A stretch of 64,000 bases of DNA from a bacterium UBP13_UBA5359 (GTDB lineage Bacteria > UBP13 > UBA5359): contig DHPR01000004.1 of the NCBI GenBank assembly GCA_002410925.1, forward strand, positions 1 to 64,000, read 5' to 3'. Below, one piece after another: positions 10,098 through 18,893 of this stretch. The translations under genes and the position numbers were made by a program. Every line of letters begins with the position of its first letter. Positions within the stretch are counted from its first letter, which is position 1. The notes below the pieces were generated by a model, which did no database searches, was not told where the DNA came from, and saw only the letters and a list, made by a program, of their open reading frames with translations.

Positions 10098-10826
10098 ATG
10101 ATAACGCTGGCAATAGATACAGCCACCAGAATTGCCGGTATAGCTCTGATGGATGATCAGGGCCTGCTGGCGGAGGTGAGCTTGCAGGGATATATGACAC
10201 AGTTGCGTGATCTGGTGCCTAACATTGCCTGGATGCTGGAACGATCCGGCATCGGTATCAGGGATGTGGGCCTGGTGGCTATCGGTCGCGGTCCGGGATC
10301 TTTCACCGGTCTGCGCATAGGGATGGCTACCGGCAAGGGTCTGGCTCAGGTTCTGGGTTGCCCGGCCGTGGGGGTTCCTACCCTTGATGCTCTGGCTTTG
10401 GCGGCTGTGCCGGATGAAGGGCTTGTCTGTTCCATGATAGATGCTCGGCACAACAGGGTATATGCCGCTCTTTATTCTGCCGCTCAATCACCGGCGGCAA
10501 CGGAGATAATGCCCGGACGCCTTTACCGCTTGGGAGGTTACGAGGCTCCGGAATTAGAAACACTGGCAGAGAGATTGAGCGAAACGGGAGAACGCATAGT
10601 CCTGGCCGGAGATGGAGCAGCAGCCTGCGGCCATATATTGCAAGAGCTTTTAGGAAATAGAATCAAGCCGGTTTTGCCGGAGAATATCTGGCCTCGGGCA
10701 TCACAGATTGCTCGTATCGGGGCAGCTTCCGGAGAGCGCCCGATAGGCCGCAATATCCAGCCCCTGGCGCCTCTCTATATCAGGCAATCATCCGCTGAAA
10801 GGGAGCTCCGTTGCAATGGTCGATAA
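10098..10826 (+). CDS. tsaB: tRNA t6A biosynthesis protein TsaB
   Basis: LAIDTAT, GPGSFTGLRIG, IDAR and PLYIR motifs. Confidence 0.95.
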   Translation: MITLAIDTATRIAGIALMDDQGLLAEVSLQGYMTQLRDLVPNIAWMLERSGIGIRDVGLVAIGRGPGSFTGLRIGMATGKGLAQVLGCPAVGVPTLDALALAAVPDEGLVCSMIDARHNRVYAALYSAAQSPAATEIMPGRLYRLGGYEAPELETLAERLSETGERIVLAGDGAAACGHILQELLGNRIKPVLPENIWPRASQIARIGAASGERPIGRNIQPLAPLYIRQSSAERELRCNGR

Positions 10827-11325
10827 ACCGATTTGCATACGTCCCCTGACGGAGGACGATCTTGAAGCGGTATGCAGTATTGAAGCCCTCTCCTTTCCTA
10901 CACCATGGCCTGTACAATCATTTATCAATGACCTGAAAAGGCCGGCGCTGGCTACTTATCTGGCGGCTGAACAAGATAAAAAGTTGATAGGCTATACAGG
11001 CTTCTGGCTGATAGTGGATGAGGCGCATATAACCACTTTAGCAGTTCATCCTGATTATCGCCGCCGCCATGTGGCCGAGCATCTGCTGTTACAGTTGATT
11101 GATGCAGCTCGAAAGCGAGGAGCCGTATGGATGACACTTGAAGTCAGAGTGAGCAATAATGCAGCGCATAGTCTTTACAGGAAATTCGGCTTCCAGGATA
11201 TAGCCATGCGCAAGGGCTATTACTCCGATAATGGAGAGGATGCTATAGTTATGTGGACAGGTCCGATACATGAAGCTCATTTCGAGGAAGGACTGGAAAG
11301 GCTTAAAGCCGGTTTCCAGAAGTAA
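10816..11325 (+). CDS. rimI: Ribosomal-protein-alanine N-acetyltransferase
   Basis: GNAT fold with LEVRVSN..A..LY.KFGF and GYYSDNGEDA; located in tsa operon. Confidence 0.92.
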   Translation: MVDKPICIRPLTEDDLEAVCSIEALSFPTPWPVQSFINDLKRPALATYLAAEQDKKLIGYTGFWLIVDEAHITTLAVHPDYRRRHVAEHLLLQLIDAARKRGAVWMTLEVRVSNNAAHSLYRKFGFQDIAMRKGYYSDNGEDAIVMWTGPIHEAHFEEGLERLKAGFQK

Positions 11326-11336
11326 AAATCGAAGAT

Positions 11337-12389
11337 ATGAATGTGAAAGCCAACAAGCAACAAACGACAGCTAACAGCCGCCGAATGCCGGCAGGACATT
11401 CTTTATGGCTGGGCATAGAAACATCGTGTGATGAAACTTCCGCCGCCATAGTCCGTGATGGAAACGAGATGCTCTCTAATATTATTGCCTCTCAGGCGGA
11501 TATTCATCGGCGTTTCGGTGGCGTAGTGCCGGAGATAGCCTCTCGGCAGCACTTGGAGCTGGTGAACGGTGTTGTAACGGAGGCACTGCAGGCAGCCGCT
11601 ATAAAACTGGATGATCTAACCGGCATAGCCGTTGTCAACGGGCCGGGGCTGGTGGGAGCTTTGGTAGTGGGTATCGCCACCGCCAAAGCCATGGCTTTGG
11701 CCTCCGGCCTGCCTCTCCTGGGAATAAACCACATGGCCGGGCATATATATGCTAATTTTCTGCAATCGCCACAGCCGGAATTTCCCTTTGTCTGCTTGGT
11801 GGTTTCAGGCGGGCATACGGATATCATCCGTATGCCGGAGCATCTTAAATTTGAAGTGTTGGGACGGACACGTGATGATGCCGCCGGAGAGGTATTTGAT
11901 AAGACTGCCCGAGCTATGGGCCTGGGATATCCCGGAGGCCCTGCCATAGATCGGTTGGCCGGCAAGGGTGATTCCGAAGCTATCAATTTCCCCAAAGCCT
12001 GGCTGGAAGAGAGGAGTTACGATTTCAGCTTCAGCGGGCTTAAGACCGCCGTGCTGCGGTATTTTCAATCCCATCCCGATGTTCCGCCTGAGGATATAGC
12101 GGCCTCTTTTCAGCGAGCCGTTGTCGATGTTCTGGCAGAGCGGGCCTTTCGGGCCTGTGATGATAAAGGAGTGAAGCGGCTGCTGCTGGCCGGCGGCGTG
12201 GCTGTAAATAGCGAATTACGTCAGCGTTTTGCAGCAGAGGCTGAGCAAAGAGGCATAGAGTTGCATATACCAGCTCCAATTCTATGTACCGACAACGCAG
12301 CTATGATTGCTTCTGTGGCTCATTTTCGCTATCTGCGCGGCGACAGCGATTCCCTTTTTCTGGATGCTGATGCCAATCTGCCTCTTTAG
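11337..12389 (+). CDS. tsaD: tRNA N6-threonylcarbamoyladenosine synthase TsaD
   Basis: GIETSCDET, GGVVPEIASR, HMAGH, SGGHT, DDAAGE and CTDNAAMIA. Confidence 0.96.
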   Translation: MNVKANKQQTTANSRRMPAGHSLWLGIETSCDETSAAIVRDGNEMLSNIIASQADIHRRFGGVVPEIASRQHLELVNGVVTEALQAAAIKLDDLTGIAVVNGPGLVGALVVGIATAKAMALASGLPLLGINHMAGHIYANFLQSPQPEFPFVCLVVSGGHTDIIRMPEHLKFEVLGRTRDDAAGEVFDKTARAMGLGYPGGPAIDRLAGKGDSEAINFPKAWLEERSYDFSFSGLKTAVLRYFQSHPDVPPEDIAASFQRAVVDVLAERAFRACDDKGVKRLLLAGGVAVNSELRQRFAAEAEQRGIELHIPAPILCTDNAAMIASVAHFRYLRGDSDSLFLDADANLPL

Positions 12390-12504
12390 ATTTTATTTGC
12401 TTGCTGAATGTGCTATCTGATGCTATCATTTGATTATATCAACTGATAAGTTGTTTTGCGGTATGCAAAATTCACATAATTCATATAAAGCGAGGAGGTC
12501 GTGG

Positions 12505-13182
12505 ATGAGCATGAAAAAATCTTTGCTCGGACTTGCTTTGGGCTTGACAGTTCTATTCTTGACAGTGTGCGGTGTATCGAACTTTGGACATACGATATGG
12601 CAGACTGCTTCTGTTCAAGCCAAAGGAACATCTTTGGAAACACGATTGGAGGAGGCCACGCCCCTTCTCGGACGTACTGATCTGGCATCCATACGAAAAG
12701 CAGCTGCCGTTGCAGAGGAGATTCTCAAAGAGAAGCCACCTCTTGATCTGGCCGTTGATGCTACTACTATTTTGGTAGAGGCGCAGCTGATGACAGCTAA
12801 TTTTAACGATGCTTTAGCTGCAGCCAATGCCTGCAAGGAGAGGCTGGCTAAGGAGGCGCCCGGCAGTACTGATATAGCCGATATTAATGCCCTGATTGAA
12901 AAGGCCAAGCAGAGAGCTGAATATTATAAGTCCAAAGAGGAGGCATTGCAGAAAACCGAAGGAGTCGAAGGTAAGCGCAGGCAGGCTCAGCTTTATTGGA
13001 ATTTCGGTCAGCTGGAAAAAGCCATAGCGCTGTTCAACAAGGTCATAGCTGAAGCTCCCGGCAGCCTAGAGGCATATAAAGCGGCGTTGGGGCTGAGATG
13101 GATATATAGTTACGAGGGCAAGCCGGATGAAGTCGCCAAAGCAGCAGCCCTGGCAGCCAGTATCAAAGCGGGGCTGAAGTAA
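12505..13182 (+). CDS. Membrane-anchored or secreted TPR-repeat protein
   Basis: Hydrophobic N-terminus followed by helical TPR-like repeats (GQLEKAIALFNKVIAEAPGS); GGAGG RBS before ATG 12505. Confidence 0.7.
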   Translation: MSMKKSLLGLALGLTVLFLTVCGVSNFGHTIWQTASVQAKGTSLETRLEEATPLLGRTDLASIRKAAAVAEEILKEKPPLDLAVDATTILVEAQLMTANFNDALAAANACKERLAKEAPGSTDIADINALIEKAKQRAEYYKSKEEALQKTEGVEGKRRQAQLYWNFGQLEKAIALFNKVIAEAPGSLEAYKAALGLRWIYSYEGKPDEVAKAAALAASIKAGLK

Positions 13183-13230
13183 GAGCGATCAATCAATATT
13201 CAATTTGCTGATTTTCAAAGCAGAGCTTCT

Positions 13231-13283
13231 GATGCGGCTGAATGGCTGGTTATAGCCAGCCATTCAGCCGCATCCTGTTTTTT
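13231..13283 (+). terminator. Rho-independent terminator with a 19-bp perfect stem
   Basis: gatgcggctgaatggctgg / ccagccattcagccgcatc with 6-nt loop, followed by ctgtttttt. Confidence 0.8.
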
Positions 13284-13476
13284 AGCAGAACTTTGGCCAT
13301 TCTTCTACACGAGCCAAAGCATTTCAATAATTCATTTCAGCACCCATATTATCGCTGATAAAATCTTAATTATTCCCAATATATGGCGGTAAAAAATTTA
13401 GCATGAGAGTCAAAAATTAACGTCCGTAACTTCAAGCACCATAAATTGTGGTAGATGCAAGCACCTCTTAAATAAT

Positions 13477-13506
13477 TTGACTTAGCGCTTGGTTGGTTGC
13501 TAAGAT
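13477..13506 (+). promoter_or_regulatory. Putative sigma70-type promoter for the cas operon
   Basis: TTGACT - 18 nt - extended -10 TGcTAAGAT in an AT-rich region. Confidence 0.5.
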
Positions 13507-13782
13507 TGAATATAGGAGTTTTATTTATCATTAGCTTTACCGTATTCTTTTATGAGTAAGCAGAAGGAAAGCGGAGAAGTGTAAACGATGCTTTGTATCC
13601 AGCGAAAAAGCTGGGTGCAGGGATTACCGTTAAGAAGGTTAAGCGATACTTGATGGCATAGAAATGCTGCTGATCTTAGCGATACCAGCTTGGAAATTAT
13701 ACATTCTCGGCAAAAGTATCGTTACTGGACAGCTCGGTTATAGTAATGCGATAAAATTGAACCTTTAAAAGAGGTGTTACGG

Positions 13783-14997
13783 ATGATTAAGCAACAAAGG
13801 CCCTGCGATCGTCTTTTTCTGCTTGTAGGCTCCAACTCTTTTCCTAATTATCTAACCTCTCTTATTCTTAAACCCCGATCGATTATACTTTTTTATAGCC
13901 CGGAAACCGAAAAAATAAAGGACAACCTTAAAGATGGGCTGAAAGAAAAGCTGGCAGATTCATCCATAGATGAAATATGTGTGCGGAAAGCGACCGTTGC
14001 GACGGAAACATACAAAGTTTTTCATGAGGCTTTTCGTAAGACTTTTCATGAGACTTCTCGCGCGGCAAATATTCATCTGAATTACACCGGCGGTACGAAA
14101 ATTATGGCGGCCAATGCCCGAATGGCCTTTAAAGACGCCGGTGGTGAGGATAAACAAGCTTCGTATCTGGATGAGCGAAAGGGTATATTACGCTTCGATG
14201 ATGATTATGAAATCAAATTATCGACGGAGAGCTTTGAGCTAAAGTTGGATGATATTCTTAAATTGCATGGTATTAAAAAAAGAGCAAAGGAGAAGACCCC
14301 CTTCTCTTCGATTTTTAAGGATGCCGGCAGAATTTCAGAGTTGGAGTTAGCCGACAAAATTTTGAAGCTGGTTTGCAATGAACCGAAGTATGCAAAGGAG
14401 CTCTATGATAATTGCCAAGAAGCAAGCGCCATAAATCTCGGAAAGGAGCTGAAGAAGCTGCTGGATACTGATTTGAGCACTGTCTGTTTCACGGAAGACG
14501 GCTGGAGTAAAGATATTCGCAAAAAGGTAGCTGCCTTTTTCAAGGGGGGTTGGCTTGAAATTTGGTGTAGCGAATTATTGCGAGGCATGCTGAAAGGAAA
14601 TGAAGTATCGGTTAGCGTTAACTGTATACGTGCAAATGATCGCTCTTTTGAGATAGACCTGGCGGTTATTTATGAGCATCGCCTTTATGTGATTTCCTGC
14701 ACTACAGCCAGTGATTTGAAGTTGTGTAAGTCCAAGCTCTTTGAAGTGGCCATACGTGCCCGTCAGCTGGGCGGAGATCTCGCTCGTTCTGCTCTGGTTT
14801 GCCTATGTCATGGCAGTGATTCTAACGGCTCGTATGCGGGGCAGCTGCGCAAAGATATAGAAGATATTTGGGATGCTTCCAACACACCGCAAGTCTTTAA
14901 CCTGGATGATTTGAAAGATTGGGAAGGGTACAGCGGCAAGCGGAACACGAAACTTCTTAAGGATTGGATTGCATCGGATTCGGTCATCACTCGATAG
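13783..14997 (+). CDS. Can2/Card1-like (DUF1887) CARF + PD-(D/E)XK-fold nuclease, type III ancillary effector
   Basis: CARF strand LFLLVGSN.FPN, LNYTGGTKIM, GGWLE and FEIDLAVIYEHRLYVISCTT; first gene of the cas operon. Confidence 0.85.
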   Translation: MIKQQRPCDRLFLLVGSNSFPNYLTSLILKPRSIILFYSPETEKIKDNLKDGLKEKLADSSIDEICVRKATVATETYKVFHEAFRKTFHETSRAANIHLNYTGGTKIMAANARMAFKDAGGEDKQASYLDERKGILRFDDDYEIKLSTESFELKLDDILKLHGIKKRAKEKTPFSSIFKDAGRISELELADKILKLVCNEPKYAKELYDNCQEASAINLGKELKKLLDTDLSTVCFTEDGWSKDIRKKVAAFFKGGWLEIWCSELLRGMLKGNEVSVSVNCIRANDRSFEIDLAVIYEHRLYVISCTTASDLKLCKSKLFEVAIRARQLGGDLARSALVCLCHGSDSNGSYAGQLRKDIEDIWDASNTPQVFNLDDLKDWEGYSGKRNTKLLKDWIASDSVITR

Positions 14998-15007
14998 GAG
15001 GGAGAAT

Positions 15008-16585
15008 ATGCCTGTTTTGACTGCTCTTGATGTAATGGGAGTACAGCGTTTTGTCTTTTCTACCAATCGTTTGCAGGATGTAGTGGCCGGTTCATGGTTG
15101 GTGTATTGGAGCACTTCCAGCGATGGCGCACTACAAGATCTTATCCCAAAGGAGGATATATTTCTGGCTGGAGGCGGCAATGTTATTGCGAAATTCGAAT
15201 CTATTGAAGAGGCTCGCCAATTTACAGCAATTTATACTCGCCGTCTGTACGACAGAGTGCCCGGTTTGGAAGTTGCTGTAGTACATAAGCCTTTTGAAGA
15301 TGCCAAATTAGCAGAGGTACTCCAGGAAGTTCAAATTGAATTGGCACAAGCTAAAACCGAATATCTTCCAGGCGTGCCTCTTTTAGGCCTATCTGTAAAT
15401 GCGGCTTGCTGTGAAACCGGTTTGCCTGCAACAGGGTTTGACAGAAATGACCTGACGGCTCCGCTTTCTGCAGGAGTATTAAAGCGTCGAGAAGAGAGCA
15501 GCAATGCCTGTGAAAGGTGGATGCCATTTTTATATGCACATTCAGGATTTAATTTTCCTCTGGAATTGGATCACCTTGGCCGCACCTATGGTGAAACGAG
15601 CCAAATCGGCATAGTACATATTGATGGAAATGGAGTGGGTCAGAAGATCGCTGGGTGGTTGTCGAAAAAGGTTGAAGAGGGAGCAGAAGATAAGGATGTT
15701 CAACGAGAATACCGAGAATGGTCGCAAGCTATTGACGGCTTGGGCTTGAAAGCCTTTCAAGATATAGTGAACCGAGTTTGTCAAGCAACGGAAAAAAAGG
15801 ATGAAGAAATATGGATGATCGGAAAACCTACCGAATTAAGCTTTCGGCTGGCTAAAGTTAATGGCGGTTGGATGCTTCCCTTGCGCCCTATTCTGCTCGG
15901 AGGCGATGATTTGACCTTTGTCTGTGACGGTCGTATTGCTTTGGCTCTGGCGGAAACAGCACTTTCAGTATTTGACAAAAGCAATATTCCTCATCTGGGA
16001 AGGATATCTGCTTGTGCAGGGATTGCTATTGTTCGTGCTCATGCACCATTTATCCGGACTTATAAATTAGCTGAGAGCCTGTGCACATCTGCCAAGCGCA
16101 TGTTAAAAGAAGAAAAAGATTCCGGATGTGCTCTGGATTGGCACATTGGAAGTAGCCGTCCGGGTGAAAGTATATCCAGCATCCGTGAAAAGCAATACCA
16201 AATAAATGGATATAAGCTTACTTGCCGACCGTACCGATTGAATGCTAACAAAGACAAAGAGAGCGTAGAATCTTGGAGATGGTTATCAGAGACGCTTTTG
16301 GATGATTCTCAATGCGGCTTACGGGGCACGCGATGGTCCAAACGACGAAACAAAGTAAAGTCGTTCTGCAAGCTGATAAGAGGGGGGCCGGAAGTTATCC
16401 AAAAAGTGCTTAAAACATGGCAGGTGATAGATAACAAGCTCCAACTGCCGCAGGAAATCGAGAACGGTTTTTGGGCTGAATCTCGCACGCCTCTTTTAGA
16501 CGCACTGGAGTTGCTGGATTTACATCTTAATCTTGCTTTGAAATCGAATGATAATAATCTAAGAAATGGAGAGGAGAAGCGATGA
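15008..16585 (+). CDS. cas10: Cas10 of type III-D (no HD domain, intact palm-2 cyclase motif)
   Basis: DVMGVQRFVF start, AGGGN, HIDGNGVG, LRPILLGGDDLTFVC, SACAGIA and LAESLC..AK. Confidence 0.93.
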   Translation: MPVLTALDVMGVQRFVFSTNRLQDVVAGSWLVYWSTSSDGALQDLIPKEDIFLAGGGNVIAKFESIEEARQFTAIYTRRLYDRVPGLEVAVVHKPFEDAKLAEVLQEVQIELAQAKTEYLPGVPLLGLSVNAACCETGLPATGFDRNDLTAPLSAGVLKRREESSNACERWMPFLYAHSGFNFPLELDHLGRTYGETSQIGIVHIDGNGVGQKIAGWLSKKVEEGAEDKDVQREYREWSQAIDGLGLKAFQDIVNRVCQATEKKDEEIWMIGKPTELSFRLAKVNGGWMLPLRPILLGGDDLTFVCDGRIALALAETALSVFDKSNIPHLGRISACAGIAIVRAHAPFIRTYKLAESLCTSAKRMLKEEKDSGCALDWHIGSSRPGESISSIREKQYQINGYKLTCRPYRLNANKDKESVESWRWLSETLLDDSQCGLRGTRWSKRRNKVKSFCKLIRGGPEVIQKVLKTWQVIDNKLQLPQEIENGFWAESRTPLLDALELLDLHLNLALKSNDNNLRNGEEKR

Positions 16586-17220
16586 GGCAGAAGCAATTCA
16601 TACAGGTAGAGCTCCTTTCTGATTCCACTTTCAGCAAGGGTGAAGGTACGGCAGGGGCAGTAGATATAGAAATAGAACATGATAACCTTGGCCTTCCTTT
16701 TTTAGGCGGCAAAACACTTCAGGGTCTTCTGCGTGATTCCTGGCTCTCCATGCAGGGTTGCTTTTTAGAATTGGCCGAGGCATCAGAACGGGTATTTGGT
16801 CTGAAAGCAGATATGAAGAAAGGCTCAATTCTATGGATCGGCAATGCGATAGTGGCTGAAGATGATACGCGAATATGGGTTGAAGCAGCGGAAAGGCGGG
16901 GCAGCCATCCTCTTTCCTGGCAGGCTATATTAGAAGCACTTACCGATATTCGTCAGCAGACCTCTGAGGAGCGTAAAACCGGTGCTCCGGCTAAAACGAC
17001 TCTTCGCTCTATTCGTGTAGCTATTCGAGGCTTGAGACTTCAAGCTCCTCTGTTTTGGACAGCTGCCCCCGGCTCTGATGATCTTCGCTGTTTATCCTTG
17101 GCTTTGCTGGCAACACGCCATGCTGGATTATCTCGCAACCGTGGCCGCGGCCATATTCTTCTATCGCTAAACGGCGATTTAGAAAAAACCAGGCAGTTAG
17201 CAAGAGGAGGAGCAAAGTGA
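16582..17220 (+). CDS. cas7: Cas7 (Csm3-group RAMP), stand-alone
   Basis: ELLSD..F..GEG.AG.VD, GLPFLGGKTLQGLLR and C-terminal G-rich loop GLSRNRGRG. Confidence 0.88.
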   Translation: MRQKQFIQVELLSDSTFSKGEGTAGAVDIEIEHDNLGLPFLGGKTLQGLLRDSWLSMQGCFLELAEASERVFGLKADMKKGSILWIGNAIVAEDDTRIWVEAAERRGSHPLSWQAILEALTDIRQQTSEERKTGAPAKTTLRSIRVAIRGLRLQAPLFWTAAPGSDDLRCLSLALLATRHAGLSRNRGRGHILLSLNGDLEKTRQLARGGAK

Positions 17221-18893
17221 GCTGTTATCGATACTTGCCCTATACTTTGACATTAGGTGCTCCGGCCGTTATTACGGCTTTAGGAGGTGATCCAAACAGT
17301 TCTCTATGTTTGCCGTTCATTCCGGGTGCCGCTATACGGGGTGCAATGGCTGGCCGTCTTGGTAATTCGGGTACGGATAATGTTAAAGAAGAGGAATTTT
17401 ACGAGCTGGTTTTAGGTGGTAAAGTTCGATATCTGCATGCCTACCCAGCTCAGAATGATCGGCGTGCCTTACCGATACCGGTCTCTGTGCGGCTGAAAAA
17501 GGAGGCACAAAAAAGGCTTGAAAACATTGCTGCCGGAGATCTCGCTGCATATCCCTCGCTAGAAGGGAATGCGGTTGTAAATTGGCCGAAAGAGCAATTG
17601 GTGGCACCTGCAGAGAATTTTCTTACCATTGGGTCTTCTCGCCTAACTCTGGTTCAACCCGAAAGGAGTACTCGTATTCATCATCAACGAGATAGCAAAG
17701 GGGATTATTTGGGGCAAGATAAGCAGATACGTAATCACGGAGCAATCTTTTTCTTTGAATCTCTTGATGCCGGTCAATCTTTCAAAGGTTTGCTTCAGAT
17801 ACGCGGAGAGTCCGAAGAGGAATGCGAGCAACTTGCTAAGCGAGTTCAGACGTTATTAAAAGAAGAGATATTCGTAGGGCGATCCAAACGTGCAGGCTAT
17901 GGAGGCATGGCTAAAATTGAATGGGACGAAAGTCGAAAAAATGAGGTTGAAGGAGCTGGAACTGACGGTTTTCAGCCTATAACTTGTGATATTGAACCGG
18001 ATATGAAATTTCGCTTGCTTTTGACCTCAGCCTGCATCGTGCGTAATCCGGATACGGGACAGATTGACCCCGGTGCTTTAAAGGTATTGATCAGCCGGTA
18101 TCTGGAAGATAAAGTGGAATGGGTTTGCAGCAGATGGGCATTTGCAACCGTTGGCGGATTTAACCGTAAGTGGCGGCTGGAAACACCCCAGGCTCTAGCT
18201 GTAGCAGCCGGTTCAGTTGTTGTGCTTAAGGCAAAACAGCCGATTTTAATTGATGAGCTATACCGTGTGGAGCATGAAGGCTTGGGGGAGCGCAGAGAGG
18301 AAGGATACGGCCGTGTGCTTTTTCTTAAAGAAGGACTTTCGCCGCAGGTCTTTCTACATCAGGAGAAGAAAGCTTTATCAAGCTTTCTGTTAGGCAAAAA
18401 TCCGCCGCAACTTGTTTCTATTATCGAAAAACGTATTATCGATGTGCAGATCATTAAGCAGATCGAAGAAAAGGCATTATCAATTGCAAAAAGTGCGAAA
18501 AATCTTCCCAGCTCCAGTCTCTTGGGACGGTTACGAACTCCCTTGCGAAATGACCCTGAAAAAGCGCTGAAAACCATTAAGGACTGGTTGCAAGAAGGGG
18601 ATAAGGACAAATGCTTAAAACGAGCTGCCATGGATCAATTGAATGGGTGCTTTATAGAATGGAAAAACAGAAAACACAGTTTACTTGAATGGCTGATGGA
18701 AGCGATTGATGAAAATAAAATTCTTGATTGGCTGCAGACATCGGTGATAGCGCAACGAGGCCATCTCATTTCAGAAAAATCCGCAATGAATTTTCTTCAC
18801 GCAAAATCAGAAGAGCTATCTGTTCGCCTCATTGATGCTCTGTTTTCTGCTATGGCCCTGAGGAACAAGAAAAAGGAGGCCGATGATGAGTAA
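17217..18893 (+). CDS. csx10: Csx10-type Cas5 RAMP with a helical C-terminal region (probable fused Cas11 small subunit)
   Basis: FIPGAAIRGA, G-loops GRSKRAGYG and GLGERREEGYG, GGFNRKWRL, AGSV; helical tail with PSSSLLGRLR. Confidence 0.82.
   Translation: MSCYRYLPYTLTLGAPAVITALGGDPNSSLCLPFIPGAAIRGAMAGRLGNSGTDNVKEEEFYELVLGGKVRYLHAYPAQNDRRALPIPVSVRLKKEAQKRLENIAAGDLAAYPSLEGNAVVNWPKEQLVAPAENFLTIGSSRLTLVQPERSTRIHHQRDSKGDYLGQDKQIRNHGAIFFFESLDAGQSFKGLLQIRGESEEECEQLAKRVQTLLKEEIFVGRSKRAGYGGMAKIEWDESRKNEVEGAGTDGFQPITCDIEPDMKFRLLLTSACIVRNPDTGQIDPGALKVLISRYLEDKVEWVCSRWAFATVGGFNRKWRLETPQALAVAAGSVVVLKAKQPILIDELYRVEHEGLGERREEGYGRVLFLKEGLSPQVFLHQEKKALSSFLLGKNPPQLVSIIEKRIIDVQIIKQIEEKALSIAKSAKNLPSSSLLGRLRTPLRNDPEKALKTIKDWLQEGDKDKCLKRAAMDQLNGCFIEWKNRKHSLLEWLMEAIDENKILDWLQTSVIAQRGHLISEKSAMNFLHAKSEELSVRLIDALFSAMALRNKKKEADDE

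Noticed and set aside
9582-10487. 301-aa minus-strand ORF
   Set aside because: Antisense shadow of tsaE/tsaB with no recognisable motifs
12505-13182. TPR protein as a type III accessory (Csx29/TPR-CHAT-like)
   Set aside because: It has an export or anchor signal, no CHAT protease motifs, and is separated from the cas genes by a strong terminator
13231-13274. Long hairpin as a CRISPR repeat or transposon end
   Set aside because: Single copy followed by a T tract directly after a gene; a terminator is the simpler explanation
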